64,000 nt of DNA, from positions 24,012 through 88,011 of the forward strand of contig JAFQKR010000077.1 in the NCBI GenBank assembly GCA_017396825.1, given 5' to 3'. How positions within the stretch are numbered: the first letter of the stretch is position 1; each line of letters opens with the position of its first letter. Shown here piece by piece: positions 8,209-18,049 of this stretch. The position numbers and the translations under genes were made by a program. This DNA is from Clostridia bacterium. GTDB taxonomy: Bacteria; Bacillota; Clostridia; Oscillospirales; CAG-382. Below the pieces are notes generated by a model, which saw only the letters and a list, made by a program, of their open reading frames with translations, was not told the DNA's origin and made no database searches.

Positions 8209-9420
8209 TCAATTTCCCCTTTCATCCATAAAGCGTTTTGCTTCAGAGAGCAACGTGTTTTTTGTATTTTGTACGCCCAGATGCACTTTATTAAACAAAT
8301 GCTCCAAAACTGCGCCTATATCTTCACCTACTGTAATGCCTAAGGATGCTATGTCGTTACCGTTAACGGCGAGTTCCTTTATAGAAAGTGGCAAAAGACC
8401 GTCTTCTATATATTTAATGCGATCCTGAGCATCAAGACAAATATTTCTGCCTGCGGCTGTATTTATAGCATACAGCACCTCTGCACTATGCAAACCGTAT
8501 TTTCTTATCGTTCTTCCAACGCTGACTGCATCCGCAAAACAATCGTTATAATACGCTTCCGCGGAGGAAGATATGCCAAAGAGCGTTTTGTTATCGGGTT
8601 TTAACCTGCGAATAAGTTTGACTGCCCCTTCGATACTACCACCACACACAGCAAAAAAAGCCGCCATTCTGTGCTGAGGGACTATTGCTTTTAAAATACT
8701 TTCCAAGGCGCAAACGTCGATATATCCATCAACACAGCAAGCCGAACTTAAAATAGGAAAATACTCTTTTACATACCTATACGAATGCTCTGATTCAAAA
8801 AAACCCTTAAGCTCTGATAGAATTCTCTCCGACGAAACGTTTTGGATAAGATGACGGTTTTGAAGCATCGACGTAGCTGTGGAAGGATCAATATCAAAAC
8901 CAAATCTTGCCGCAAACCTAAGCCCACGCAAAATCCTCAGTGCATCTTCCTTGAAACGCAAACCGGGATCACCAACGCACTTGACGATGCAACTTTGCAA
9001 ATCCTCAAGCCCTCCATGGTGGTCTATAAGACCTTCCAAATGGTTGTAACACAAAGCGTTTATTGTAAAATCTCGCCTTTTTGTATCCTCTTGCAAATCT
9101 TGAGAAAACTCAACTGAAGCAGGATGACGGTTGTCCTCATAAAATCCGTCCTTGCGAAAGGTTGTTATTTCAACAGGATATCCTTTATAAACAACAGTAA
9201 CCGTACCGTGCTTTATACCGGTCGGTATAACCTTACAGTCGTAGAATAGTTCCGTTACGACCTCAGGTCGTGCAGAAGTGGTTACGTCGTAATCATAAAC
9301 AGGATTTCCCAAGATCGAATCTCTTACACAGCCCCCCACAAAATATGCAGAGTGACCATTTAAAACAAACCTATCGATAAGTTCGCAAAGCGTAGATGGG
9401 ATATTAACCTTTGCTTGCAT
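8209..9420 (-). CDS. cca: CCA-adding tRNA nucleotidyltransferase
   Basis: GGCVRDSILGNPVYDYDVTT and RRDFTINAL polymerase-beta-type motifs; 403 aa. Confidence 0.85.
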   Translation of the reverse strand: MQAKVNIPSTLCELIDRFVLNGHSAYFVGGCVRDSILGNPVYDYDVTTSARPEVVTELFYDCKVIPTGIKHGTVTVVYKGYPVEITTFRKDGFYEDNRHPASVEFSQDLQEDTKRRDFTINALCYNHLEGLIDHHGGLEDLQSCIVKCVGDPGLRFKEDALRILRGLRFAARFGFDIDPSTATSMLQNRHLIQNVSSERILSELKGFFESEHSYRYVKEYFPILSSACCVDGYIDVCALESILKAIVPQHRMAAFFAVCGGSIEGAVKLIRRLKPDNKTLFGISSSAEAYYNDCFADAVSVGRTIRKYGLHSAEVLYAINTAAGRNICLDAQDRIKYIEDGLLPLSIKELAVNGNDIASLGITVGEDIGAVLEHLFNKVHLGVQNTKNTLLSEAKRFMDERGN

Positions 9421-9422
9421 CT

Positions 9423-9896
9423 CTACATCAACCGATCGTAACTACCGTGTTCGGTGTTAAAATCCTCAGAATTAACAGTTAAGCGAACGTAAGCAACACC
9501 AAAGCAAGATTTTAAAGTTTTAACAGTACCCAAAACCGAAAAATACTCTTGGGCGGTACTACCCGTAGCCTTTATAAATGAGCTGTCAAAATCGATATAT
9601 AATACATCGTTTGAAATATGCCAGCCCTTTACTTTTATTCTGTTATCGCCATAGTTGCCGAGCTCGTATAAAATGTCTACTACTCCCTGAGGTGTACCGT
9701 CAAATTCTCTCTCCACCGTGTCGTAATCGTTAAAAATATCATCCGGATAATAAAAGGTACCAACATTAACGTCAGAAGTTGAGGCTTCTATTGAAGCATC
9801 ATTACTACCATTGTTAAACGAATCGTCTGTTCTTTCACACCCGTAAATAAATGCAGATGCAAGGATTATCAAAACAATTGACTTAAAAATTTTCAT
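9423..9896 (-). CDS. Lipoprotein with a GerMN-like C-terminal domain (tentative)
   Basis: I take the start at MKIFKS (SD GGGGGA). Lipobox FIYGC. The pattern LYIDFDSSF...STAQE...TVKTL...VRLTVN resembles GerMN. Confidence 0.4.
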   Translation of the reverse strand: MKIFKSIVLIILASAFIYGCERTDDSFNNGSNDASIEASTSDVNVGTFYYPDDIFNDYDTVEREFDGTPQGVVDILYELGNYGDNRIKVKGWHISNDVLYIDFDSSFIKATGSTAQEYFSVLGTVKTLKSCFGVAYVRLTVNSEDFNTEHGSYDRLM

Positions 9897-9910
9897 AGAA
9901 TTCCCCCAGC

Positions 9911-10309
9911 CTATTTGTGCGTCCATTTAAGTTCCCAATCCAGAACAAGACGGTCTCCGTCTTCATCCAGAACAATGGAAACAGACAGACCTTCCTCCAA
10001 ACAAAACCATTCCTCCTCACCGGGAGTATAATTAATGCATTTACACACCACCGGATAGGAAAGTATATAGCGTTGTGTTCCTTCACTCTTTCCCGGCTCG
10101 TATGCCCAAAGGTCATAGCATTTGTCAGGGCTTATACCAAGTTCCTTGAAAAAACGAAGTTTGTTCTCATCAAATCGTTGAATGTTTTCATCAAAATTAC
10201 TGCAAACAGGACATTGGCATCGTTGCCACACACCAAGTCTGCCGTAATACAGTTCCTTAGTGTTCAAAATATCAATATCAATAACATTGTTTCCGGTTGA
10301 AAATAACAA
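9911..10309 (-). CDS. Hypothetical Cys-rich cytoplasmic protein
   Basis: TTG start with AAGGAG 8 nt upstream. It is the first gene of a tight four-gene operon. It contains CQCPVCS and CKC motifs and I recognise no family. Confidence 0.4.
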   Translation of the reverse strand: MLFSTGNNVIDIDILNTKELYYGRLGVWQRCQCPVCSNFDENIQRFDENKLRFFKELGISPDKCYDLWAYEPGKSEGTQRYILSYPVVCKCINYTPGEEEWFCLEEGLSVSIVLDEDGDRLVLDWELKWTHK

Positions 10310-10380
10310 ACCAACAACTCCTTTTTTAGAAACAAATAGATATTAACATTTTTTATTTCATTTTGCAACAGTCTTTTGTA

Positions 10381-10409
10381 TTGCATTTGCTAAAATTTAA
10401 TGTTATAAT
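10381..10409 (+). promoter_or_regulatory. Sigma-A-type promoter
   Basis: TTGCAT, 17 nt, TATAAT with an extended TGT. It lies 23 nt upstream of the ATG at 10432. Confidence 0.55.
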
Positions 10410-10431
10410 GCATAAAAAGGAGGCTTGAGAC

Positions 10432-12027
10432 ATGAAAAGAATTTTATCATTATTGCTATGTCTATCTATTTGCTTTGGTTTTTTGTATGTCCCAGATGGA
10501 TTTACGGCAAACGCCGCAACCAGCGCTAAGGTTTACGTTATATGCGCCAATCCCGGTGAAGATTGTAATACTCAAGTAGGTATAAGCTGGCATGCAGATT
10601 TCGACTGTACCGACTGCTTTGTTGAGTACAAATTGGCAAGCGACAACGGCTGGGAAAACGTTACGAGAGTAGACGGTGTTTATAACGATACCGACTACAA
10701 ATATTTTCTTGGTAACTCTTTTGCCGGCTCTTCTGCAGAACCTTATTTTTCTGAGGATCACAAATTTCTTAACTACGGTGTTGACCTTGACGGTCTAACC
10801 CCCGCTACGAGATATAAGTATCGTATTGGCGATGGGTTTGGCAATTACTCCGCAACCAGATATTTTAAAACCTCCGGTGCTAGTGAGTATAGCTTTATTT
10901 GGATAAGCGACTTTCATACATACAGCCCTCTCGGTGGCAGACTTTCAGGTGCAACTAGTGCTGTTGCTTATGCGGCAAGCCAGTCTACCAACGGTATCGA
11001 TATGATATTCAGCACTGGCGATACAGTTGCTTATGGCGGTAGCCATTATTTTTGGAAACAGCTTTACAATGTTAATTGGATCAAGAATTATTTGTATATA
11101 GATCTTAACGGTAACCATGATAATATGAATAATACTAACACCAACAACACATTTAACTATTTCCGTATTACTCACAACAACCCCGAAAACTGCTATCTCG
11201 GTGGAAGTTCTACTCCCTACGAGCCCGGCGTTGTATACTACTTTATGTATAACGACATTCTTTGGTTTGTTTTTGATAACGAAACCATGAACGCTACTAT
11301 TCGTGCACAGGTACAGGAATGGGCAGGCAACGTTATAAAGAGCAAAGAGGGACAGTTTAAGTATCTGTTTATCTCCGAACATTATCAGTGGTTTAACGGT
11401 AACAGCGGTTCCGACAGCCACTATGGTAACTGGGCTGACTTCTGCGACGAATACGGTGTTGACATTGCATTTGCCGGTAATAACCACATTTATGCACGCA
11501 CTCACAGAATTTACGACGGTCAGGTTGTTGATGCCAACGGAAACAAGGGTACGTACTACATTCAAGCCGCTTCCTCTGACTGCGAACGCGGTACCACCGG
11601 CACACTCGTTACCCCTGCAACCTATAATAACGATATACTTGCATACCGTTATAAAAACACCGCAGATCCCGCACGCACCCACGGCGTTTCCCTTCTTACC
11701 GTTACCAAGGACGGTATAAGACTTAAGCTTTTCGGTTCTGAAAACGCTAGCCAGACTTCCCCCAGCTTCTCCCTTAAAGACGAAATACTTATTACTCCCA
11801 AGCGTGCTGACGTTAACAGAGTTCCCGTAGAGGAACCCGACACGAAGGGTGATGTCAACAACGACGGTACCGTTGATAACCTTGATGCAGCAGCGATCCT
11901 TAAATACGACGCAGGTATCATTGACGAGCTTCCTGCGGTTGCAGACGTAAACGGCGACGGTTATTACGACAATCTTGATGCTACCAAGATTCTTAAATAC
12001 GACGCAGGTCTTATCGACAGTCTATAA
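10432..12027 (+). CDS. Secreted purple-acid-phosphatase-like metallophosphoesterase with a C-terminal dockerin
   Basis: Signal peptide. Metallophosphoesterase motifs SDFH, GDTVAYGG, GNHD and AGNNHIYART. Two dockerin repeats: GDVNNDGTVDNLDAAAILKYDAG and ADVNGDGYYDNLDATKILKYDAG. Confidence 0.8.
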   Translation: MKRILSLLLCLSICFGFLYVPDGFTANAATSAKVYVICANPGEDCNTQVGISWHADFDCTDCFVEYKLASDNGWENVTRVDGVYNDTDYKYFLGNSFAGSSAEPYFSEDHKFLNYGVDLDGLTPATRYKYRIGDGFGNYSATRYFKTSGASEYSFIWISDFHTYSPLGGRLSGATSAVAYAASQSTNGIDMIFSTGDTVAYGGSHYFWKQLYNVNWIKNYLYIDLNGNHDNMNNTNTNNTFNYFRITHNNPENCYLGGSSTPYEPGVVYYFMYNDILWFVFDNETMNATIRAQVQEWAGNVIKSKEGQFKYLFISEHYQWFNGNSGSDSHYGNWADFCDEYGVDIAFAGNNHIYARTHRIYDGQVVDANGNKGTYYIQAASSDCERGTTGTLVTPATYNNDILAYRYKNTADPARTHGVSLLTVTKDGIRLKLFGSENASQTSPSFSLKDEILITPKRADVNRVPVEEPDTKGDVNNDGTVDNLDAAAILKYDAGIIDELPAVADVNGDGYYDNLDATKILKYDAGLIDSL

Positions 12028-12040
12028 TGAACAATAAAAA

Positions 12041-12076
12041 TAAAGGCTTTTCGTAAAGAAAAGTCTTTATTTTTTA
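12041..12076 (+). terminator. Intrinsic terminator
   Basis: 12-bp stem TAAAGGCTTTTC / GAAAAGTCTTTA with loop GTAAA, then a T6 tract. Confidence 0.7.
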
Positions 12077-12140
12077 CCAAAAAACGATTTTAGTTCGTAT
12101 AATATATATATTGACAAAAGAGGAAAGGAGGCCAAGGTGA

Positions 12141-12692
12141 GTGAATATACAAAATGATGATGGTTCTGCAAGTGCGATATATGAAAGCTTTTTAAGGGGC
12201 AATATGGACGCTTTTGAAACCATAGTTGTAACCTATAGAAAAAGCTTGATGCTTTTTATTAACCGTTATGTCGATGACTTTGACACGGCAGAGGATCTGG
12301 CGGAAGACGTTTTTGTGTTGCTGTTGACAAAAAAGCCCCGTTACAAAGGCAACGCCTCTTTTAAAACGTGGCTTTTTACAATGGGTAGAAACCTTAGTAT
12401 AGATTACATACGAAAGCATAGAAGAGTTTTCCCGATGGTGGATATTATAAAAAGCGAAACCGAAAACGCAGAAATATCTTTTTTCCTCAACGAGAGGAAA
12501 CGTATTGTTTACAGTGCTTTGGAAAACCTTCCCGATGAAGAAAAATTACTTATGCACCTGCTCTATATTGAAGACATGGGATATGAGCAAGCGGAAAAGG
12601 TTTTAAAGCTATCAAGAAATAAGCTTTATTCAATTGCAAGACGCGCTAAAGAAAGGTTAAAAACGGAGTTTGAAAAGGAGGGCGTCGTATGA
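12141..12692 (+). CDS. ECF-type sigma-70 family RNA polymerase sigma factor
   Basis: 183 aa. Region 2 (DDFDTAEDLAEDVFVLLL...FKTWLFTMGRNLSIDYIRK) and region 4 (LPDEEKLLMHLLYIEDMGYEQAEKVLKLS). GTG start. Confidence 0.8.
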   Translation: MNIQNDDGSASAIYESFLRGNMDAFETIVVTYRKSLMLFINRYVDDFDTAEDLAEDVFVLLLTKKPRYKGNASFKTWLFTMGRNLSIDYIRKHRRVFPMVDIIKSETENAEISFFLNERKRIVYSALENLPDEEKLLMHLLYIEDMGYEQAEKVLKLSRNKLYSIARRAKERLKTEFEKEGVV

Positions 12693-13741
12693 AAGACGAC
12701 AGACAGTTTTTAGATAGTATATACAAAAAACACGGCGCCAAACGAGCCGCATGCAAAAGGATAACGGCAATTTCATTAGCCGCGGTATTAATGTTAGCGC
12801 TGATATCTAGCGCCGCATTGTTTCTAATAAACGGGCAAGATAACGGCAAAGAACAATTTAAAAACGAAAGCGTTATCATTACCTCGCCAAGCGAAAGCGC
12901 GGAAGGAGAAGTTATAAAAGATAAACCTCTGGAAGAGCTTGTGCTTCTTTCCTGCCCTATTAAAGTACCAAGCGAAGAGGTTACAACCACACCTGTAAAC
13001 GACGAATTAACGATTATAACGTTCCCCGAAGGTACACTTAAAGACGGCTATAGGTCTCCTTATACGACAGAATTCACTCCGGACGATAACTACAAACTTT
13101 TCGTGGCAATTGAAGTAAACCCATTAACCGTATTTTCATACCAAGGCACGCCTTTATCTGAAATATTCAAACCGGCAGAGCACGGATACGGGTACTATTT
13201 CAAAGACGGTAACTATATAGATTTTAATAAATTTCTTAAAGACTTTTATACGTGGGATCTTAAAAACGGTGCAGAAACTTTAAAAAAGGAACTTGAAGAA
13301 AAGGCAAGGAACGGTGATACGTATGCCGCAGAAACACTTCAAGAGTACAAGGATGCAGATAACGAAACGCTGTTTTATGCCCTGGTGTGGAGCAAAGGCA
13401 AAAGCGAAGAAACAATATCTGAGTTAAACAGACAAAGAACCGAGTTTAACCGAATATGGAAACTGTATGAAGAAAACGGAAAGGATATATTACTGACTCA
13501 TTACAAGGAGGAAATTGAAGTTCTTATCTCCGAGGGATATGACCTTTATTTTGTTTCCGTTGACGGAGAGGTGAAACTGGTAGGGGCACTTTCAGCTGAA
13601 CAAGCCGAATACTTTAACAGAGACGTTCGATTTGGGTTCAGTACGGTTTGGGTAAAAGCATCTTACGAGGATAAATACTGTTTACAATTTCCTTTTTCTG
13701 ATAAAATAATAGAAGTACCCAAAAGAAACAAAAAAATCTAA
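12689..13741 (+). CDS. Single-pass membrane protein; putative cognate anti-sigma factor or sensor
   Basis: A 4-nt ATGA overlap with the sigma gene. About 25-aa cytoplasmic tail, one TM segment (ISLAAVLMLALISSAALFLI) and a roughly 290-aa extracytoplasmic domain. No ZAS motif. Confidence 0.45.
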   Translation: MKDDRQFLDSIYKKHGAKRAACKRITAISLAAVLMLALISSAALFLINGQDNGKEQFKNESVIITSPSESAEGEVIKDKPLEELVLLSCPIKVPSEEVTTTPVNDELTIITFPEGTLKDGYRSPYTTEFTPDDNYKLFVAIEVNPLTVFSYQGTPLSEIFKPAEHGYGYYFKDGNYIDFNKFLKDFYTWDLKNGAETLKKELEEKARNGDTYAAETLQEYKDADNETLFYALVWSKGKSEETISELNRQRTEFNRIWKLYEENGKDILLTHYKEEIEVLISEGYDLYFVSVDGEVKLVGALSAEQAEYFNRDVRFGFSTVWVKASYEDKYCLQFPFSDKIIEVPKRNKKI

Positions 13742-13764
13742 AAATTACGCATATTTAAGACAGT

Positions 13765-13801
13765 AAAAACCGCCCGATACAATGTAATCGAGCGGTTTTT
13801 A
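13765..13801. terminator. Bidirectional intrinsic terminator
   Basis: AAAAACCGCCCGAT ... ATCGAGCGGTTTTT hairpin between convergent genes. Confidence 0.65.
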
Positions 13802-14908
13802 TTATTCGGTGTAAATATAATACCCTACTCTGTTTGAGCTATCCGTTATTTTTCCGATGTTGCTTATATCCATATCGCTGATATAATGAATTATTTTGCT
13901 CTTGTCACTCTTTATTTTTTCAAGTTCCGCAATATCATCCTCGGTAAAAATAAAGCGGATAACGGCGTTTTGGGGCTCGTGGCGAGGAGAAAGGTCAGGA
14001 GTATTACCGCAGGCTATATCTACCACCGCGCCAACGAAATCCACGCCCGTGGATAGATATACAAGGTCACTGCCGATGCAGTCACCGCCCATACGCGCGC
14101 CTATCTCAATAATACGTGCTTCGCCCTTGGAGTTGAGCCTGAACTCGGAATGTGACGCGCCGTTTTTGATATTAAGAGCCGTAAGCGCCATAAATATCTG
14201 CTCTATTATCCCCCGTTTGTATTCTTCGGGGATATCAGAGGGTTGTCTGTGCCCCGTTTCTATAAAGTTCGGAGCGCCAGTGGTGTACTTTTTCGTGAGA
14301 GCCAAAAAATGATGTTTACCATTGTAAGAAACACACTCGCAGCTGTATTCCTCGCCCTCAATAAACTCCTCAATTACGGCGCATTTCTCGAAGGACTGAG
14401 CCACCGCCCTTTCTACCGCCTCATGAAGCTCACCATACCCTTCAACCTTGGTAATACCGCGACTGCCGCTACGGTCTGTGGGCTTAACTATAAGTGGATA
14501 ACAAAAGTCCTTAAGAGCGTTTTCTGTAGGCACACAAGAAGCTTTTATATATTTAGGAACAGGGACGCCCGCCTTTTCAAAGGCCTCACGCATGGCGTGC
14601 TTGTTTGTGCAAATATAACTGTCTTCATAGGAATTGCAGGTAAGACCCAAATTTTCTGCAACATAATTTACTGTTATAACCGCTAGGTCTGAGGCGATGG
14701 AAGCGATGCCGTCTATCCCTATCTCCTTGCATTTTTCAAGTATTTGTTCTTTTTCAACAATACTTATGGGATAAAAACAGTCAGCGGTTTTTTCACCTAT
14801 ATCACCACACTCCCAAGCAAAAACATGGGTTTCATAACCTTTTTCTTTCGCCTTAAGTATAAGTCTGTTTTGAAAGCTGTTTGCGCCTATTATTGCAAAT
14901 TTTTTCAT
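13802..14908 (-). CDS. ATP-grasp family carboxylate-amine ligase
   Basis: Pre-ATP-grasp N-domain, PLIVKPTDRSGSRGI (P-loop-like), EEFIEGEEYSCE, and the Mg/ATP site HSEF...IIEIGARMGG. A 4-nt overlap with wecE. Confidence 0.8.
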   Translation of the reverse strand: MKKFAIIGANSFQNRLILKAKEKGYETHVFAWECGDIGEKTADCFYPISIVEKEQILEKCKEIGIDGIASIASDLAVITVNYVAENLGLTCNSYEDSYICTNKHAMREAFEKAGVPVPKYIKASCVPTENALKDFCYPLIVKPTDRSGSRGITKVEGYGELHEAVERAVAQSFEKCAVIEEFIEGEEYSCECVSYNGKHHFLALTKKYTTGAPNFIETGHRQPSDIPEEYKRGIIEQIFMALTALNIKNGASHSEFRLNSKGEARIIEIGARMGGDCIGSDLVYLSTGVDFVGAVVDIACGNTPDLSPRHEPQNAVIRFIFTEDDIAELEKIKSDKSKIIHYISDMDISNIGKITDSSNRVGYYIYTE

Positions 14909-16041
14909 ACTACGCCGTAAAACTCCTTAACTGCAGCGATCGCCGTATCGACCTCTGACTCGGTAAGACCGTAGAACATAGGTAAACGGAGTAACCTTTC
15001 GCTTTCTGCAGTAGTATATACATCCTCCCCATGGAAACGGCCGAACCTTAATCCCGCAGGGGCGCTGTGCAAAGGAATATAATGAAATGCGCTTCCAACA
15101 CCATTTTCCTTGAGGAAAGCTATAAGAGCGCTTCTTTCTTTTAGATCCTTAGCCTTTAAATAAAACATATGCGCGTTATGAACACACCCTTCGGGAATGA
15201 ACGGTAGGTCTATAAAGCCTTTTTCTTTAAGAGTCAAAAGACCGTTGTAATATCTGTTCCACATAGCAAGACGAGAATTGTTCACTTCATCAGCCTTTTC
15301 AAGCTGAGCGTAAAGATATGCGGCATTCATATCGCTGGGAAGATAGGAGGAGCCGTAGTCGACCCATGTGTATTTATCCACCTGCCCGCGGAAAAAACGG
15401 CTTCTGTCGGTACCTTTTTCACGGATGATCTCCGCTTTTTCAACGTCGTCGTTGCTGGTTTGGATAAGCAACGCACCGCCCTCTCCCATGCTGTAATTCT
15501 TGGTTTCATGAAAGCTGTAACAGCCGAAATGAGCGATGGAGCCAAGCTGTTTACCTTTATAGCTTGCCATTACACCTTGTGCTGCATCCTCTACCACGTA
15601 AAGGTTGTATTTAGCTGCGATCCCCATTATAGCATCCATATCGCAAGAAACACCTGCATAATGAACGGGAACGATCACCTTAGTTCTGGGAGTAATCGCT
15701 GCCTCTATAAGCTTTTCATCAATGTTCATGGTATCAGGGCGAATATCAACAAAAACAATGGTGGCTCCGCGCTGAACAAACGCATCCGCCGTAGAAACAA
15801 AGGTGTAAGAAGGCATTATAACCTCGTCACCGGCGCCAACACCGGTAAGCAAGGCAGCCATTTCCAGGGCGTGAGTGCAGGACGTGGTCAATAGCGCACG
15901 ACGGGTACCGGTTTTTTCTTCGATCCACGCGCTGCACTTTTTAGTAAAAGCGCCGTCACCACAGATTTTACCTGCGGAAATAGCCTCGGATATATATTCT
16001 GTTTCTTTCCCAGTAAAGGGGGGACGGTTAAATGGTATCAT
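14905..16041 (-). CDS. wecE: dTDP-4-amino-4,6-dideoxyhexose (Fuc4N-type) aminotransferase, DegT/WecE family
   Basis: MIPFNRPPFTGKE...GDGAFTKKC...SFHETKNY (PLP Lys)...YTTAESERLLRLP. It aligns along its length with enterobacterial WecE as I recall it. I prefer the ATG at 16041 over the GTG at 16044. Confidence 0.8.
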   Translation of the reverse strand: MIPFNRPPFTGKETEYISEAISAGKICGDGAFTKKCSAWIEEKTGTRRALLTTSCTHALEMAALLTGVGAGDEVIMPSYTFVSTADAFVQRGATIVFVDIRPDTMNIDEKLIEAAITPRTKVIVPVHYAGVSCDMDAIMGIAAKYNLYVVEDAAQGVMASYKGKQLGSIAHFGCYSFHETKNYSMGEGGALLIQTSNDDVEKAEIIREKGTDRSRFFRGQVDKYTWVDYGSSYLPSDMNAAYLYAQLEKADEVNNSRLAMWNRYYNGLLTLKEKGFIDLPFIPEGCVHNAHMFYLKAKDLKERSALIAFLKENGVGSAFHYIPLHSAPAGLRFGRFHGEDVYTTAESERLLRLPMFYGLTESEVDTAIAAVKEFYGVV

Positions 16042-16055
16042 CACTTCATCTCCGT

Positions 16056-17120
16056 TTATTGTTTGTTTGCGCCGCCGTACATTTTTTCATAATAATTGGC
16101 ATAATCACCGCTTAGTACCCTTTGCACCCACTCTTGATTGTTAAGATACCATTCCACGGTCTCTTTTATTCCCTGCTCAAAAGTATAAACGGGGGCCCAA
16201 CCAAGGGTAGTAGTTATCTTTGTGTTATCGATGGCATATCTACGATCGTGTCCGGGTCTGTCCTTAACGTAAGTAATAAGGTCCTCTGACGCGCCTACTG
16301 CGGCAATAATTAGTTTTACTATCTCAATATTTGCCTTTTCGTTGTTGCCGCCAACGTTATATACCTCGCCCACCTTACCATCATGCAAAACACAGTCTAT
16401 CGCACGGCAATGGTCGGAAACGTGAAGCCAGTCTCTTATCTGCAAGCCGTCGCCATATACGGGAAGGGGTTTGCCCTTAAGACAATTATTAAGCATTAAC
16501 GGTATTAACTTTTCGGGAAATTGATAGGGGCCGTAGTTATTTGAGCAACGTGTAATGTTTACCGGCAGCCCAAACGTTTCAAAGTATGCACGCACGAACA
16601 TATCAGCAGACGCTTTGGAGGCAGAATAAGGACTGTTTGGACTCAAAGGAGTTGTTTCCGTAAACATACCGGTCTTACCCAAAGCACCGTACACCTCGTC
16701 AGTAGAAACCTGCAGATACTTAACGCCTTCTTTATATTCTCTGCTGTATTTATTGTCGGGTTCAACCTTCCAACGACGTTTTGCCTCGTCAAGAAGAACT
16801 CTTGTTCCTTCAACGTTAGTCATAAGGAAAATTGCAGGATCAACTATACTACGGTCAACATGGCTTTCGGCCGCAAAGTTAACAACATAGTTAATGTCTT
16901 CACTGTCAAAAACTGCTTTTACTTGTTCAGCGTCACGGATATCGCACTTAATAAAACGGTAATTGGAATTATCAGCTATATCTGCAAGGCTTTCAAGATT
17001 GCCCGCATAGGTTAAAGCATCTATATTAACTATTCTGTAATCGGGATGGGCAGAAAGCATATATCTTACGAAGTTACTTCCTATAAAGCCGGCACCGCCC
17101 GTAACAAGTACTGTTTTCAA
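16056..17120 (-). CDS. rfbB: dTDP-glucose 4,6-dehydratase
   Basis: TGGAGFIGSNF Rossmann motif, YSASKASAD catalytic YxxxK, and the RmlB-typical C-terminus. Confidence 0.9.
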   Translation of the reverse strand: MKTVLVTGGAGFIGSNFVRYMLSAHPDYRIVNIDALTYAGNLESLADIADNSNYRFIKCDIRDAEQVKAVFDSEDINYVVNFAAESHVDRSIVDPAIFLMTNVEGTRVLLDEAKRRWKVEPDNKYSREYKEGVKYLQVSTDEVYGALGKTGMFTETTPLSPNSPYSASKASADMFVRAYFETFGLPVNITRCSNNYGPYQFPEKLIPLMLNNCLKGKPLPVYGDGLQIRDWLHVSDHCRAIDCVLHDGKVGEVYNVGGNNEKANIEIVKLIIAAVGASEDLITYVKDRPGHDRRYAIDNTKITTTLGWAPVYTFEQGIKETVEWYLNNQEWVQRVLSGDYANYYEKMYGGANKQ

Positions 17121-17137
17121 TTTAAACTCTCCTAACT

Positions 17138-18004
17138 TTAGTCTTCTACAAGAGAAAGTATGTATTGCCCGTATTCTGTCATTTTAAGGGACGTGCCTAC
17201 CGCCTTAAGCTGTTCCTTAGTAATTAGCTTACGACGCCACGCAATTTCCTCAAGGCAGGCTATATAAAAGCCTTGACGAGACTGAACTGCCTCAACATAC
17301 TCAGCGGCCTGCAGCAACCCCTGTGGGGTACCTGTATCTAGCCACGCCATACCGCGGCCCATAAGCTCCACGTTGAGAAGCCCCATCTCCAAATAAGCGT
17401 TATTGACTGAGGTAATTTCAATTTCCCCGCGAGGAGAGGGCTTTACCTCCGCGGCAATATCGCATACACGGCTGTCATAAAAATACAGGCCGGGAACAGC
17501 GTAAGAGGACTTTGGCTTTTCGGGCTTTTCCTCAATAGAAATTACTCGCTTTTGGCTATCAAACTCTACTACACCGAAAGCGCGAGGATCTTTTACGGGA
17601 TAACCGAAGATAGTAGCACCCTCCTTGCGAGCACACGCTCTTTGCAATATGCGGGTAAGGTCCTGACCGAAGAAAACATTATCCCCTAAAATCAGACAAA
17701 CATTATCGCCATCGATAAAATCCTTGCCTATTATAAAGGCATCAGCCAACCCTCTTGGGGTTTCCTGAACAGCATAAGAAAGGTTAGCACCGAAGGTTGC
17801 GCCATCACCGAGCAACGCCCTATAAGAGCCGATATCCTCAGGTGTTGAGATTATTAGTATATCTCTGATACCACCCAACAAAAGTGTGGACAAAGGATAA
17901 TATATAAGGGGTTTATCGTATACGGGCAAAAGCTGCTTTGACACCGCTTTTGTAAGAGGATACAACCTTGTGCCCCTACCACCGGCAAGAACTATACCTT
18001 TCAT
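17138..18004 (-). CDS. rfbA: Glucose-1-phosphate thymidylyltransferase
   Basis: [18 protein letters not shown] signature. AAAGGAG lies upstream of the ATG at 18004. The 71-aa N-terminal extension in the ORF track is spurious. Confidence 0.9.
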   Translation of the reverse strand: MKGIVLAGGRGTRLYPLTKAVSKQLLPVYDKPLIYYPLSTLLLGGIRDILIISTPEDIGSYRALLGDGATFGANLSYAVQETPRGLADAFIIGKDFIDGDNVCLILGDNVFFGQDLTRILQRACARKEGATIFGYPVKDPRAFGVVEFDSQKRVISIEEKPEKPKSSYAVPGLYFYDSRVCDIAAEVKPSPRGEIEITSVNNAYLEMGLLNVELMGRGMAWLDTGTPQGLLQAAEYVEAVQSRQGFYIACLEEIAWRRKLITKEQLKAVGTSLKMTEYGQYILSLVED

Positions 18005-18049
18005 AACAAACACTCCTTTTAGACAGCATTTTACAAATAAACTCATACT

